The notes: generated from the sequence alone by a model not told the origin. A stretch of 64,000 nucleotides of DNA from Marsupella aquatica (GCA_973895155.1 OZ316891.1:26405972-26469971), one strand, 5' to 3'; counted from the first letter of the stretch, positions 25,195-35,975 are shown. Numbers and translations: made by a program.

Positions 25195-25764
25195 CTACCA
25201 CATCAAATACGGATACCAATCCTGTTGTCGATGCCACTCAGCCCTGAGGTACTCAGGCATGTACATTAAGTCATCAAGGTCTAAACCCTGCTCATGCCAT
25301 GGTGGTCTTCGATCCGTGCCTACAAGCAGTGGCAGCAGTGCCCTCCATGGTGCACATGTTGCTACCAAGTCCCTCCACTGGGTACTAATTAGTCTATATT
25401 TGCAGATATCTTGTGCGCCAGACACCACAAGAACCCTCGGCCAGACATGTGTAAGAACTATATCATCTGCCAAATCAGGCAACAAGGAACCACCTACAGC
25501 ATCGTGCTTGTCTAACTCATCTGCTGAAAAGTAAATGTCCTCTTCCGACTGTGCATCCTCATTCACCACAGCATTCACAACACATCCAAGGTCTGCAGGC
25601 ATTATCTCGGATGGAGCTACACTCTGTCTGGTTACCAATCCACACAAGTAAGCCCAAGCAGTAGCCATGCACGATGCAACCCGTAGGAGGACCCTACATA
25701 GGGCCTGACGGTCTGGAAGAGGCAGCATACCCACCAAAGTCTTCAGCCAAACAGAGCCCAGCAA
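25195..25764 (-). CDS. F-box-like cargo ORF
   Basis: LLPDLADDIVLTHVWPRV...ICKYRLISTQWRDLV fits the plant F-box motif; no kelch/LRR domain follows; start codon uncertain. Confidence 0.65.
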   Translation of the reverse strand: MLGSVWLKTLVGMLPLPDRQALCRVLLRVASCMATAWAYLCGLVTRQSVAPSEIMPADLGCVVNAVVNEDAQSEEDIYFSADELDKHDAVGGSLLPDLADDIVLTHVWPRVLVVSGAQDICKYRLISTQWRDLVATCAPWRALLPLLVGTDRRPPWHEQGLDLDDLMYMPEYLRAEWHRQQDWYPYLMW

Positions 25765-25904
25765 GTAGATTCACAGTCACACCCCACGCAGCAGGAAACA
25801 ACAATCACTTCAACTGCGACCAACCATGACAAGATGAGTTAGTTCAAGGATCACATTTATTACAAAATTGTGTTTTATACAAAAATATGAGGGACTCCTA
25901 CTCC

Positions 25905-26753
25905 TCACTCTCTCCCACCTTTGCTAAGCATACATCTCTGCTGAATCTTGGAGGGCCAGGCCTCAAAAATATCAAAGTCCCAAGCATTCTGTCGCTTCCC
26001 TCTAGCTGCTGATTCCAGAAGCCAATCAGGGGAAAGCACCCAAAGATTGTTGTTCATGACAAAATCACGCACTGTTGTCTTAAAGAATTTTCTGCATATT
26101 TTCATGTATGACAGACCTACAACATGAGTGGAGGTTTCTGTTAGACTCTCCTCCACTGTCCCACCTAGCTCAACAACTATAGACTTGTACAGTCTGCACT
26201 TAGTCTCCCCAATTCCTTCTTCTGCAAATACCACACTGAACCCCTTCATAATGGTATTTCTCTCCTTGCCATGCTTATTCAATATAGCATCTGCACGCAT
26301 AGGATGGTGTCCTATGTTGACAACAGGTCCATATTGGACAGAAGCAAAGTTGGGTTTCTCTGCCGCTGCTTCATAGGCTTCCTTTTCAGCCAAAGCCTCT
26401 GCAGTGGCCTCCTCACTCTCCCACAACTCATATTGCTCAGTACTCTGTACACACCTATGTTTAACAGAATCGGTCAGCCAAGAGACTTCAACTACTTTTA
26501 GACCTTGGTTGGTAATGGCAGAATCAATGAAGGACCATGACCACTTGTTCATCACATCCAGCCATGTCCCCGCAACAACATGTGTAGTCTGTGGAGTGAT
26601 GTCCTTGACTTCAGTCCCATGGAACTCTGAGAATCGTTTTTGTACGATTGGCCAACTCACTTGGGTGAACCCATAGTGGCCAGGAATCAAAATGGCTTTG
26701 ATTCCAGCCAACAGAGGCGGGTGGTCAACCTTTGTACGTTTCCTAGAGGCCAT
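25905..26753 (-). CDS. Tandem BRCT-domain cargo protein
   Basis: Two repeats: ITPQTTHVVA...VVEVSWLTDSV and ELGGTVEESLTETSTHVVG...VLSPDWLLESA; N-terminal basic RKRTK. Confidence 0.85.
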   Translation of the reverse strand: MASRKRTKVDHPPLLAGIKAILIPGHYGFTQVSWPIVQKRFSEFHGTEVKDITPQTTHVVAGTWLDVMNKWSWSFIDSAITNQGLKVVEVSWLTDSVKHRCVQSTEQYELWESEEATAEALAEKEAYEAAAEKPNFASVQYGPVVNIGHHPMRADAILNKHGKERNTIMKGFSVVFAEEGIGETKCRLYKSIVVELGGTVEESLTETSTHVVGLSYMKICRKFFKTTVRDFVMNNNLWVLSPDWLLESAARGKRQNAWDFDIFEAWPSKIQQRCMLSKGGRE

Positions 26754-27351
26754 GTACACACGGGCCACCTAATCACTGCAGACCGGAAGATAATGCGTTC
26801 ACCTGATAATCGGAGGGCCCTTAAAATGCTGCGTTTATAACTTGGTCCAGTCCAGTCGTCTGGTGAGTCTCTGCTCCGATTCCAAACGGGAGAAATATTG
26901 GGACAAACGTACTAGACACCTGCAAGCATGCACCTCATAGTTTGAATATGTGCCTTCACAATATTGAAGGTGACAAGTGCAATTGTTTTGTGATGCCACA
27001 TACAGATGTTGTAAATGGGCAGACATTCAATGAGAATACAAAATGTTGGTACACTTTAAGGGAATTCTCGCAAATTAAATAGCCTTGTAACTTATATGCT
27101 CATAATGAGAAGTCCTGATTTAATTTAAGCAGTGTCATGTAAGTCGTGATCAAAATGATTGCAGAGTTAAAAAAGTTCCTAGAAGGCTTAAGGGCAGTTT
27201 TTGAAGGCATGTACCCAGGAACAAGTAATGAACTTAGGGTACTTGTTGCCTAAGCATCCTCTCCTACAGAGGTCCTTCTTCTCAAAATTGGAATGTCTGC
27301 AATCTCCAAGGTATCCACATCAGGTGCACTATGCATGTATATTATTCAGGT

Positions 27352-28032
27352 TCAAAGCCAAGAAATGTGATCTCTCATGGGAGTGTGCAAAGTAGGATCT
27401 ATGGCATGGCGATGACAATAGAAGATCCATCGATCAACACCATGTGCAGAGTGATCATAGATGTGTCTGTCACAAGCATAGCCTTCTGCTTGACGCTCCT
27501 TCAAACAATGAAAGTGCCACATGGTGGGACACCTAACACAGTGGACTATGTCCACCCAGAAATCTTCATCGTGCTGACCACATGCCTTGCACTTATGAAG
27601 TGGGCAAGCTGTGGCAAGATCGGGCAAACATGAAAAACAAAAGAACCTCACACAATATCTGTCAGGGCATTTCCTAACAAGTGGTGGAGCATCAACAGAG
27701 CCCTCATAAGACCCCAACTTCCCACACTGTGCACACTTAGCCTGCTTCTCCAAACAATCAGTGCACATCCAGCCTCCCTGGTGTGCTGACGGGAGGCCCA
27801 CCCCTGGACAGTTGTTTTCTGCAGCAAGGTCAGACTCCGGGTTGAGGTGGAAATGCCTCATGCAAGGGCCCTCACATATGGCTAAGCCACCACCATCGTC
27901 ACAAATGGCACAACAATGAGCTGCCTTCTGGAAAATCTGACTTGCGGAGAAGTTACTACCATCTGGCCCAACTACACCTGTGTTGCTCACCTCTGTCCCC
28001 CGCTTCTTGGCTCGGATTTTAGGGCGTGCCAT
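27352..28032 (-). CDS. EDM2: EDM2-type composite PHD-finger cargo protein (reader module only)
   Basis: CAICDDGG..CEGPCMRHFH, CAQCGKLGS, CPLHKCKAC, CVRCP..HFHCL, IFYCHRHAIDPTLHTPMRDHI; colinear with the EDM2 PHD region as recalled (CAICDNGG..CEGSCLRSFH..CPLHKCSVC..YCQEHEIDEELLTPVRDHV). Confidence 0.85.
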   Translation of the reverse strand: MARPKIRAKKRGTEVSNTGVVGPDGSNFSASQIFQKAAHCCAICDDGGGLAICEGPCMRHFHLNPESDLAAENNCPGVGLPSAHQGGWMCTDCLEKQAKCAQCGKLGSYEGSVDAPPLVRKCPDRYCVRFFCFSCLPDLATACPLHKCKACGQHDEDFWVDIVHCVRCPTMWHFHCLKERQAEGYACDRHIYDHSAHGVDRWIFYCHRHAIDPTLHTPMRDHISWL

Positions 28033-28701
28033 GCCTACGCATGAGATAGATAGTACAATTTAGCAGAGTGCACGGACAATACAATTTAGTGCAGTGTACA
28101 AAAAGTACAGTGTAGCATATAGACTAGAGTGGCAATTGCTACTGCAATGAAATGTTCACACACATGTGCAGAGTAGACATACTTTTTGGTTTGTTGAGCC
28201 CACACTAAAAACTGATCCCCTCGTACAATAGCTCCACCTACACCTCAATTTTGTGGCTATGATTCACCAAAGGAGATCTGCAACAAGATTTAATGCATTT
28301 GAATCACATATAACAGTCGTGACATGTAAAACAGGCATTTTTTGAACAGGATTGGTATCAAGCACTGTGATCAGGGTTGTAATTTATACATCCTAAATAG
28401 GCTATGATAGTGAATGAGACAAATAAGTTAGGCAGAAATCACTTTTTCCAGGTTATCACATGGCCCATTAATTCCAGTCTTTGAAAGGAGACTTTTAAGT
28501 GAGCTTGCTAGCCTCTTAAATTAGGATATTGTACTTAGTGCAGCCATAATAGGATAAGTTATGTACTGTTGACCCTAAACCCTGGACCCAAAATTGGTCA
28601 TAATTCAAAATCTTAAGTAAATATCCTCTCTGTTCAAGTCAAAGTGTTAAGTTATAGGTCAATGGTCTCTGGTTTGTGCATGCGGTGTGACAAGTGGTCC
28701 T

Positions 28702-29151
28702 CTAGAGCGTGTGATCCAAACATGTGTAGACACCAAAGTGACCGGTGGTGGGGTCTGGGAGGGCAGGACAAGTGACATCGCCAGGCACACTGCAGGATGG
28801 CGAGTGGTTCCAGATGATACATTGTGCTCTGTGAAAAAACCGACATCCAAGAGAACGGTCATCCAACTCTAGGCCAGAAGCCCTACAGGCAGGACAGTCA
28901 TATTGGCAACTGTGCACACACCCTTGGGCCCTAATTTGTGGCGGGTCATGTATGAGAGACAGAAATACCAAGGATGTTGGGAAGGGTGGAGAAGCAGGTA
29001 CAGGCCGGCTGTAGTTGTTCCTGGCAACAACTGGGTACTCAAAGTACCATGCAGACTGGGCTGGAAGGATCCCAAGTCTGACATACTCAAGGCGCAACAT
29101 CTCTGCCTTGCGTGCAAGCCGCACATGTTCAGCGTTGCGGGTCCTCACCAT
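28702..29151 (-). CDS. Cys/His-rich ORF of unknown function
   Basis: ATG start, 149 aa, CVHSC..DCPAC...C..FH...C..WNH; same strand and spacing as the other cargo ORFs. Confidence 0.45.
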   Translation of the reverse strand: MVRTRNAEHVRLARKAEMLRLEYVRLGILPAQSAWYFEYPVVARNNYSRPVPASPPFPTSLVFLSLIHDPPQIRAQGCVHSCQYDCPACRASGLELDDRSLGCRFFHRAQCIIWNHSPSCSVPGDVTCPALPDPTTGHFGVYTCLDHTL

Positions 29152-30534
29152 AAGTGTTGCTTTTGTGGAGATGTCGTGTGTTCACGTCCTCTGATAAGCA
29201 CCTTCGATCAGCAAGGTGAGCAGGAGCTGTACTTGCCTCACCAACAGCAACCAACCTTAAATTATCAGTTCCCACTCACTGTGTCATTCCATTGGTTCCA
29301 GCTAGGGGTCACAGTGTAAACATAGCATGAAACACTCCTAATCAACTTGCTTACAAACTACAATATCCAGAAAGAGTGAAAGTCTCACCCTCCAGTGAGC
29401 AGCAGAGAGGTAGTTCACTAGATGTGTTGATGTGCAGTTAAACCTCCACTATTGCTTACTTCTGGTGTATGCTGCTCAGAAGAAGACATATTAGTAGCAG
29501 CAAATTGCAAATAATGGCCATAAGCAAACTGTGAGAGTTTGCAGAATGCTACGACAAATCCATCACAGCAGTGCTCCACAGGAATGAAACCAAGCAAAAT
29601 TTGGTGACCTCGGCCAATGACAAGGCCAATGTAGTGAACAATCCTTGACCGATCAGGATATGGATTGGAATTACAATTAGTCAGCTCTTCTTCTTTGTTT
29701 TCTAACTCTGGGGGAAATGAGCATGACCAGGGAATTCTTTGAGAAATAGAAGTGCACAGGGAAAATGAAATTGGCTCATTCAGCTGCGCAAGACCGGCCA
29801 TTGCAGCAAACTTGGACAGTTGTTCCGCAATACATAAAATACCCTGACTTACATGCAATCGATACAATCTGCTTCTGTTGGCTGTCCTATAGCTCACGGT
29901 AGTGCCGTTGGGATAGGGTAAGTAAATATTGCCATAGCTGAAGCACATTGAGCTTGCAGCAAGAAGTGAAGGAGCATGGCCAAAAGCAGAAAAGACAGAC
30001 AGGTTTTACAAGAAGAAACTAACAACCGCCAATCTGCTCAAATCCGCTGCATAGATCAAACCCTCCAAACTACACAGCCCTCCTTTGAAAACAATCCAAT
30101 GTGCTTTGGCTGGTGGATGACAAGGACTGGGAGAAGAGGAAACGTCTACACAATCAATCCCAATGACGGGACACAGAGACCAGGCACAGAGAGGAGTTGT
30201 GCTTAGACAAAAACCACAAATTGTAGCATGGGCGCCATAGCATTGGGCGGCAATGGGAAGAATTACATCAAATGAGTGGACAGAGAATTAATGAACAGTC
30301 CGGTTATAGGCAAACAGCGACTGATGCCCTGATGCAATGAAACACGCATTGACATAGCGGAGGGACATAAAAACTACATAAGCCAACTTACTGACCTTTT
30401 AAGGCCCACAATTTCAAGGGGAGGGACAAAGACAGCAATAACAGACGCAGAGACAAAGCTGTACTCTGTCAATTGAGTAGGCAAGTGGGTGGGTGAAGAT
30501 CAACAACCAATGTAGCAGCGCAACCAGAGTAGCA

Positions 30535-30650
30535 ACAAAGAAGCAGGTTGCCCTCAATCTCCTATTTTTCAAGCAGCTCGTGCTCGCGGTCAATCTCCTA
30601 TTCTGCAAGCAGCTCACGCTCGTCCCTCTTGTTCTGCAAGCAGGTCATTC
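30535..30650. repeat. Degenerate 33-bp tandem repeat, about 3 copies
   Basis: AAGCAGCTC.TGCTCGCGGTCAATCTCCTATT units. Confidence 0.6.
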
Positions 30651-33394
30651 TTGTCGGCGATGGTGCAAGCTGTCCTCCTAAACTCTGACACTCAAAATGA
30701 AAAGACCAAGCACCTCCAATCTGTTTGATCCCTTCCGCAAGCAGCCGAGCGGCAGACGATAATGTAGGGATCAAGAACCAAGTGCCAGGCGGACATTGCA
30801 CAAAATGAGGACCAGGGGCAGAGACAAAATCTACCGAAATCTATCGAAATCTACTTCTTGGGGTCCAGCCCACGGATGGACATCATGCAAGGTGGTCAAA
30901 AATGGTAAGTGCAATTGTTGGAGAGCTGTACTCGCGATTACTAACGGTGCATCCACAAAACGCGTCATCAAGTTGTCAGTGCGGCCACAACAATTTTGAC
31001 AGTCTCAGGATCACAGGTCCACAAACAAGTTGCAAATGAAGACACACAACGTCCAGGAGGGAAAGTCCGCAACACTAACCCTTTGTAAAGCCCCCGAGCT
31101 TACCTTCTAGCTGCCGACGCAAAGAGAAAACCTACTCGGACACTGAAGCAACCCTAAACTCAAAGTCTCACCTTAGCGCAACAACTCCTGGATTGGATTC
31201 AGCTAGCTCAGGCTCAATGAAGCATGTCGCCTCGGGCTCTCCGGATCCTCCCAAGGCAGCAAACAAGTTAGGGTCCACGGTCCTTGTACCTTCACCACAC
31301 CGTTGTGTCCTTCCCAATGCCTCCTCTGTAGTTGCGTCTTGTCTGCAACTCTACAGCTCCCCGTGTTGCTCTGCCGCACTTAGTTATATTCCAACGCCCG
31401 ATCGTGACCAAAAAGAGTTTTCTCCTGCTGGACAGCACTAGGCATTTATTCAATCTCTTGATCACGCGTAAGCAGCTACAGGTATGAATCACTCAGTTGG
31501 CAGCTCAATACGCTTACAGCAAGAGGGCGCAATAGGTAGAAGCTCGCGCTACCTAGACCAGCACAAGGACAAAGCATTAACATTGAAACTGTACCATGGA
31601 GCTGGAGAAAACCACAGAGTAATTGAAGCCTAACAATACCCTTCTTAGCTCCCGACTCCAAACTCTCGGCTCCCAGTTTGCAAGAACAAGCACTATGAAA
31701 ATATGGATTCCCACATTGACTGTGTCCGCAGAACAGATGCAACCCGCATGCAACTTCACCAGCTCAACGGCAGCTTGACAACTGAAGGACCTCCCAATGA
31801 GCCTCACGGCCTCCCGATGCTCGTTATGGGTGCAGCAAAAGGGTCTATACCACAACTGTGACCGAGATTGTCACCCAAAACCTTGAAGAAACCCCAACCT
31901 CCGACTCCTCAAACTCCGACAAGCTCCTCACGAACGTTGCAGTAGCCACAACCTTCTTCGCCCTACCAGCCAAAAACTAAATGTCCCTAAAGGAGATCGA
32001 GCAGGAATGCAGGTCTATGAGTAGACTGCAAGCGCAAGGTTAGATCACTGCAACTGCCTGAACACTGCTCCTCGAGAGCATAAACAAGCACATAACGCGC
32101 GGGAAGTTCACTCCGCAATGGTCGCAAAAAGTGGGCAACACTGAAAGGAAAACCCTACGTAAAACCCCGAACACTCCACCCCTCACGTTCTAAGTTCAAT
32201 GACAATGGCGAAAACTCCAAAGAGACTCCCAAAGTGAAGTTTAGTGCCTGAAACCGAATTAGGGGAAGCCACTCAGCCTTACCGTTTGAGTGAGCCGTTG
32301 AGTGTCACCCAAAGTGGGACAAAGCTACAAAGTGTTACTGCATGGCCAACTTAGGCAATGAATGGTCATATTTGCACATACATGGTCGGTAGTGACATTT
32401 TATTGCACGCTGTAATCAGGATTAAGGTTGCCCAACATTATATCCGATCCTAAAATGCAATATTCCCGGTGCAAGAATGTGACCTAGCTCTAATGTATGA
32501 AAAAGGACCGGTACAAATCTACCTTTGTGCATCTTGACCTTTTATAGATGGATTTAGTAATGGCCAAGAATATCTTGACCATCCCTCCATGGTCCAACCT
32601 CCATGAACCCCACTTCATTAAACCCAAAACCTTTTTGGTCACAAATAAGGAAATTTAATGAGTTATGCCCCTTGCTATCACCCTCTTTATAGATTTATTT
32701 TTTTGTTTGAAATTTTACATTTATTCCGCGTGAACCCCACGGATGGGGGAACCAGTAGGCCAAATGGCATCATAAAACCTCAACACCCAAAGGAGGCAAT
32801 AATAAAGAGTTACTCAACCAGGGTCATCAGATCAGGCAAAGATTGCGAAGCCGTTCTTCTAGTGGTCCATGCAACAAGTAACAACTAGGGAATAAGCACT
32901 AGAAGGCGCAGTAGGTCAGCATAGTGTAAGTGTAAAGTGTCAAAGCATTGTCTAGTACTAAATTAATCCACCTGATTAGTAAGAAGGGGGTGTATACTGT
33001 AATGGGAAAAAGAAAAAAAAACCAAGGCATGAGCAAGGGCCACCAAGAGTGGTGCAGCTATAAGCTATAGGGATTGAACACAATGCGGGGGGGGCAGTGG
33101 CACTATGTATGAGGAAATCATGGGAGTATCGGTGTCAAATGAGTCGACAAAACTCCCAGATAGCCACACAGTATAAATCAATCTCATAGAAGGCTGCCAT
33201 CAATGGAGGAAACAATTTGACACGACCCACATCTGAGAGTGTGAATTCGCTCGATCTCCAGCAGTTCTTTGGCACTCGATAGACGTCGGTGCTTTCGGCT
33301 CAAAGATGAAGGAGAATTACCCCTCCTCAACATAGAGTGAACATTACCCATGATGTGCTAGACTATTCACCCTTCACAAAGTAGCAAGGTTACT

Positions 33395-33551
33395 TCTCAT
33401 AGTCTTTTAGTGAACCATAAAACTCTCATAGTCTTTTCTAGTCTTCAACAAAACCGGTGCAATGGGTGCGAGTCGTTTTAAGTATGGAAAAAGGACTTAG
33501 TGGGCATAGTCCTATAAGGTATGGTCTAAATTGCCCCGGTTTCTACTAGTG
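33395..33551. repeat. Right subterminal repeats and TIR of CACTA
   Basis: TAGTCTTT, GAGTCGTTT, AAGGACT; ends CCCCGGTTTCTACTAGTG. Confidence 0.85.
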
Positions 33552-34800
33552 TTACCATATAGGTATGGTCGAAAATATACCACAACCCATATCATAGCAA
33601 GTAGCTCTCCTTCATAGGATGAGTAGTTGTTTTTGCCTTGTTGTTATTGTGTAAAGCATAGGCAACAACATACTCTGGTTCACCATCATCCTGCTGTCCT
33701 AGAATGGCTCCAAGACCAATAGCACTCCAATCAATGTGAAGAATGAAAGGGATCCTGAAATTGGGATGCCAAAGAACTGGGTGTGTAGTCAGTACTGCTT
33801 TGATCTTTTCAAATGCAGTCTGTCGTTCTGCGGTCCAACACCATGGGGTTTCCTTTTTCAATAATTGATTTAGAGGGCTTGCAATGGTACTGAAATTCTC
33901 AACATGTGTGCGGTAGTAGTTACACAGACCTAGAAAGATACATAGTTTGTTGACATCTATAGGTGTCTTCATGTTGTTGATAGCCAGGACCTTGGCCTCC
34001 TCTGGCATGAGTCCATCTGGAATCACTTGGTGTCCCAAATAGATCACAGTGTTCACCCTAAATTCGCATTTCTTGGGATGATATTTGAGATTAGCTTTTC
34101 TGAGCCTTTTGAACAGATCCTCCAAATCATCCATGTGCTGGTCAAATGAAGGGCTGTGCACTACAACATCATCAATGTAACATTTTATGTGTGCTGCACC
34201 TTCCTTCACTATATCTATGACCTTCTGAAAGAAGATGGCTGCATTCACTATGCAAAATGGCAGGCATAGCCATTCCCACAACTTGTCACTGCCATGGAAT
34301 GCAGACTTCTTTCTGTCCTTCTTTGCCACAATGATTTGGATGAACCCTTGCCGTAGATCTAAAATAGAGAAATATCGAGACTTTTCTAGCCCATCAAAGA
34401 TCTCTTCTGGTGTGGGGACATGATATCTATCCAACTGAGTTACCAGATTGAGTGCCCGATAATCCCCAGACATCCTCGTCTCTGACCATAGACCGCTGCT
34501 ATCCTTCAGATTTGCTTGCATGATTGTGGGAGCAGCAAAAGGGGAACTTGAAGGTCTGATGAGACCTGCCTCATGTAGTTCCTTGCATCTGGCATCCACC
34601 AACTCCCACTCATGCTGGCTTAGTCAATGCTGCTTCCAAAATATCGGTATCTCCTTAGTCAATGGAATTGTGAATTCCATTATGTTGCACTTCCCTAAAT
34701 CCTTCATAGAGAATGCAAAGCAATCTTTGTACTCATTGATGAGTTTCTTCATTTGGAGCTTCTGGGTTTGCCGTTAGTTGTTCTCCCATGGTCCACTCAA
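33552..34800 (-). pseudogene. pol: Gypsy RT and RNase H N-terminal half of the DNMT element
   Basis: DYRALN, LDLRQGF, YIDDVVV, YLGH, FLGLCNYY, LHIDWSAIGLGAILGQ. Confidence 0.95.
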
Positions 34801-34889
34801 AATTCTCAGCTGAAGGGGGTGGCTCCTCTTTTGATTCGTCTTCCTCTATATTTGTAGAAGAGTTGTGGCTAAAAGCACGTGGTTGAAGA

Positions 34890-35975
34890 TTAACTGGGAC
34901 CTCTCCCCCCAAACCATTGGTTTGAAACCTGTGGAAGATGTAAATCTATGGGAGAAAGTGTCTCAATAGCAGCTACCGCCTTCGTGGTATGTTGCGCGTT
35001 GGTGAGCATTTGAAAAGCCAAGCAGGAGGACAGTACCCATGAAAATCCTGTGAGGTCAAGCGCTTGGCCTAGCAATTTGTTGCGTTGATGTTTTGTAAGA
35101 CTAGGGTGCAGAGTGCTCCCTGTCTGAAATCCCATAGCGCGCTCGCGCTCCTCTAGGGATGGTGGCTGCCACTGTTGTCTGGCCTGTCGGAATACCAGCC
35201 CTAGACCATCTCCCCAAAATGCAAAGGAGCCCGAGAAGGATAGTAGTATGGGCCATACTGCCCATGGTGTGCCTATGCGGTTGGCTGGAAAGAACGGTGC
35301 ATGTTTAGTCTGTACCACTGATCGAGGCAGACTGCCAGGATCCAAAATTTGTTGTAATTGTTGTGAAGGATCTGGCTTAGTCTCCAACAGAACCAACTTA
35401 AGAATATTATGTGGTGCTAGGTTAGTCCACAAATTGCGTAAACAATGGGCATAAGACCCGCATTGAGCTGCATCAATGAGGAATGGATTGCTCAACAAGT
35501 GTTGAACAACAGCAAAATCTTTCAACACATCAGTCTGAGAGTCAAACTGTGTAGGTGCATTTTCCAAGATGTAACCCACACATGGGTTGCGTTGTTGTAT
35601 CCAACCAAGCACCCGAAGTAGATCCTTGAACAACATTGAATGGTTATCTCGTAAACCTCCACCTGTGCCTACTACAAAAAATCCTTGGCACTCCCAGCCA
35701 GCAACTACCAAATGTATAGGGCCTAGTAACTGGATGTGGCGTTGTTGGATAAGTTTGATATCCGGAGGAAGAAATGTGAGAGCAGGCTCCCATGCTGTGG
35801 TAGAAAAGAGTTGGAAATACTGTTTACTTAGGGTGGCAAGATGTTGAGGCAGCAATAAGCGTGCGGCAACATCTGTGTCATAGTACACATACTTGTGTAT
35901 CCGTAATCCATACTTGAGAGCGGCCTCAAGCCCAGTAGCTAGTCCCCCAAATAATTCCACAAATGTGATGCCTTT
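34890..35975 (-). CDS. C5 DNA cytosine methyltransferase domain (DNMT3-like, copy A) inside gypsy pol
   Basis: Motif I VELFGGLATG, IV AGWECQGF, VI ILENA, VIII AHCLRNLWTN (copy B AYRLRNLWTN), IX EERERAMGF, X RNKLLGQALD, in canonical order; more than 350 open codons. Confidence 0.9.
   Translation of the reverse strand, partial: KGITFVELFGGLATGLEAALKYGLRIHKYVYYDTDVAARLLLPQHLATLSKQYFQLFSTTAWEPALTFLPPDIKLIQQRHIQLLGPIHLVVAGWECQGFFVVGTGGGLRDNHSMLFKDLLRVLGWIQQRNPCVGYILENAPTQFDSQTDVLKDFAVVQHLLSNPFLIDAAQCGSYAHCLRNLWTNLAPHNILKLVLLETKPDPSQQLQQILDPGSLPRSVVQTKHAPFFPANRIGTPWAVWPILLSFSGSFAFWGDGLGLVFRQARQQWQPPSLEERERAMGFQTGSTLHPSLTKHQRNKLLGQALDLTGFSWVLSSCLAFQMLTNAQHTTKAVAAIETLSPIDLHLPQVSNQWFGGRGPS

Larger units (their letters stand above)
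16997..33551 (-). mobile_element. CACTA (En/Spm) DNA transposon, complete, 16.6 kb, with cargo ORFs
   Basis: Perfect 18-bp TIR CACTAGTAGAAACCGGGG at 16997-17014 and 33534-33551; 3-bp TSD TTA at 16994-16996 and 33552-33554; TnpD-type transposase. Confidence 0.97.

Noticed and set aside
25195-28032. Ordinary host genes between transposons
   Set aside because: All lie inside one TIR pair with a TSD, in an element that interrupts an RNase H codon run
34895-34915. Programmed frameshift between DNMT and RT
   Set aside because: The frame change lies at or near a G6 run and is explained by a 1-bp indel; more indels follow and no clear slippery site or structure was seen
34890-35975. Bacterial restriction-modification methyltransferase or host DNMT gene
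   Set aside because: No nuclease partner, no introns or regulatory domains, and it is embedded in frame order between retroelement protease and RT
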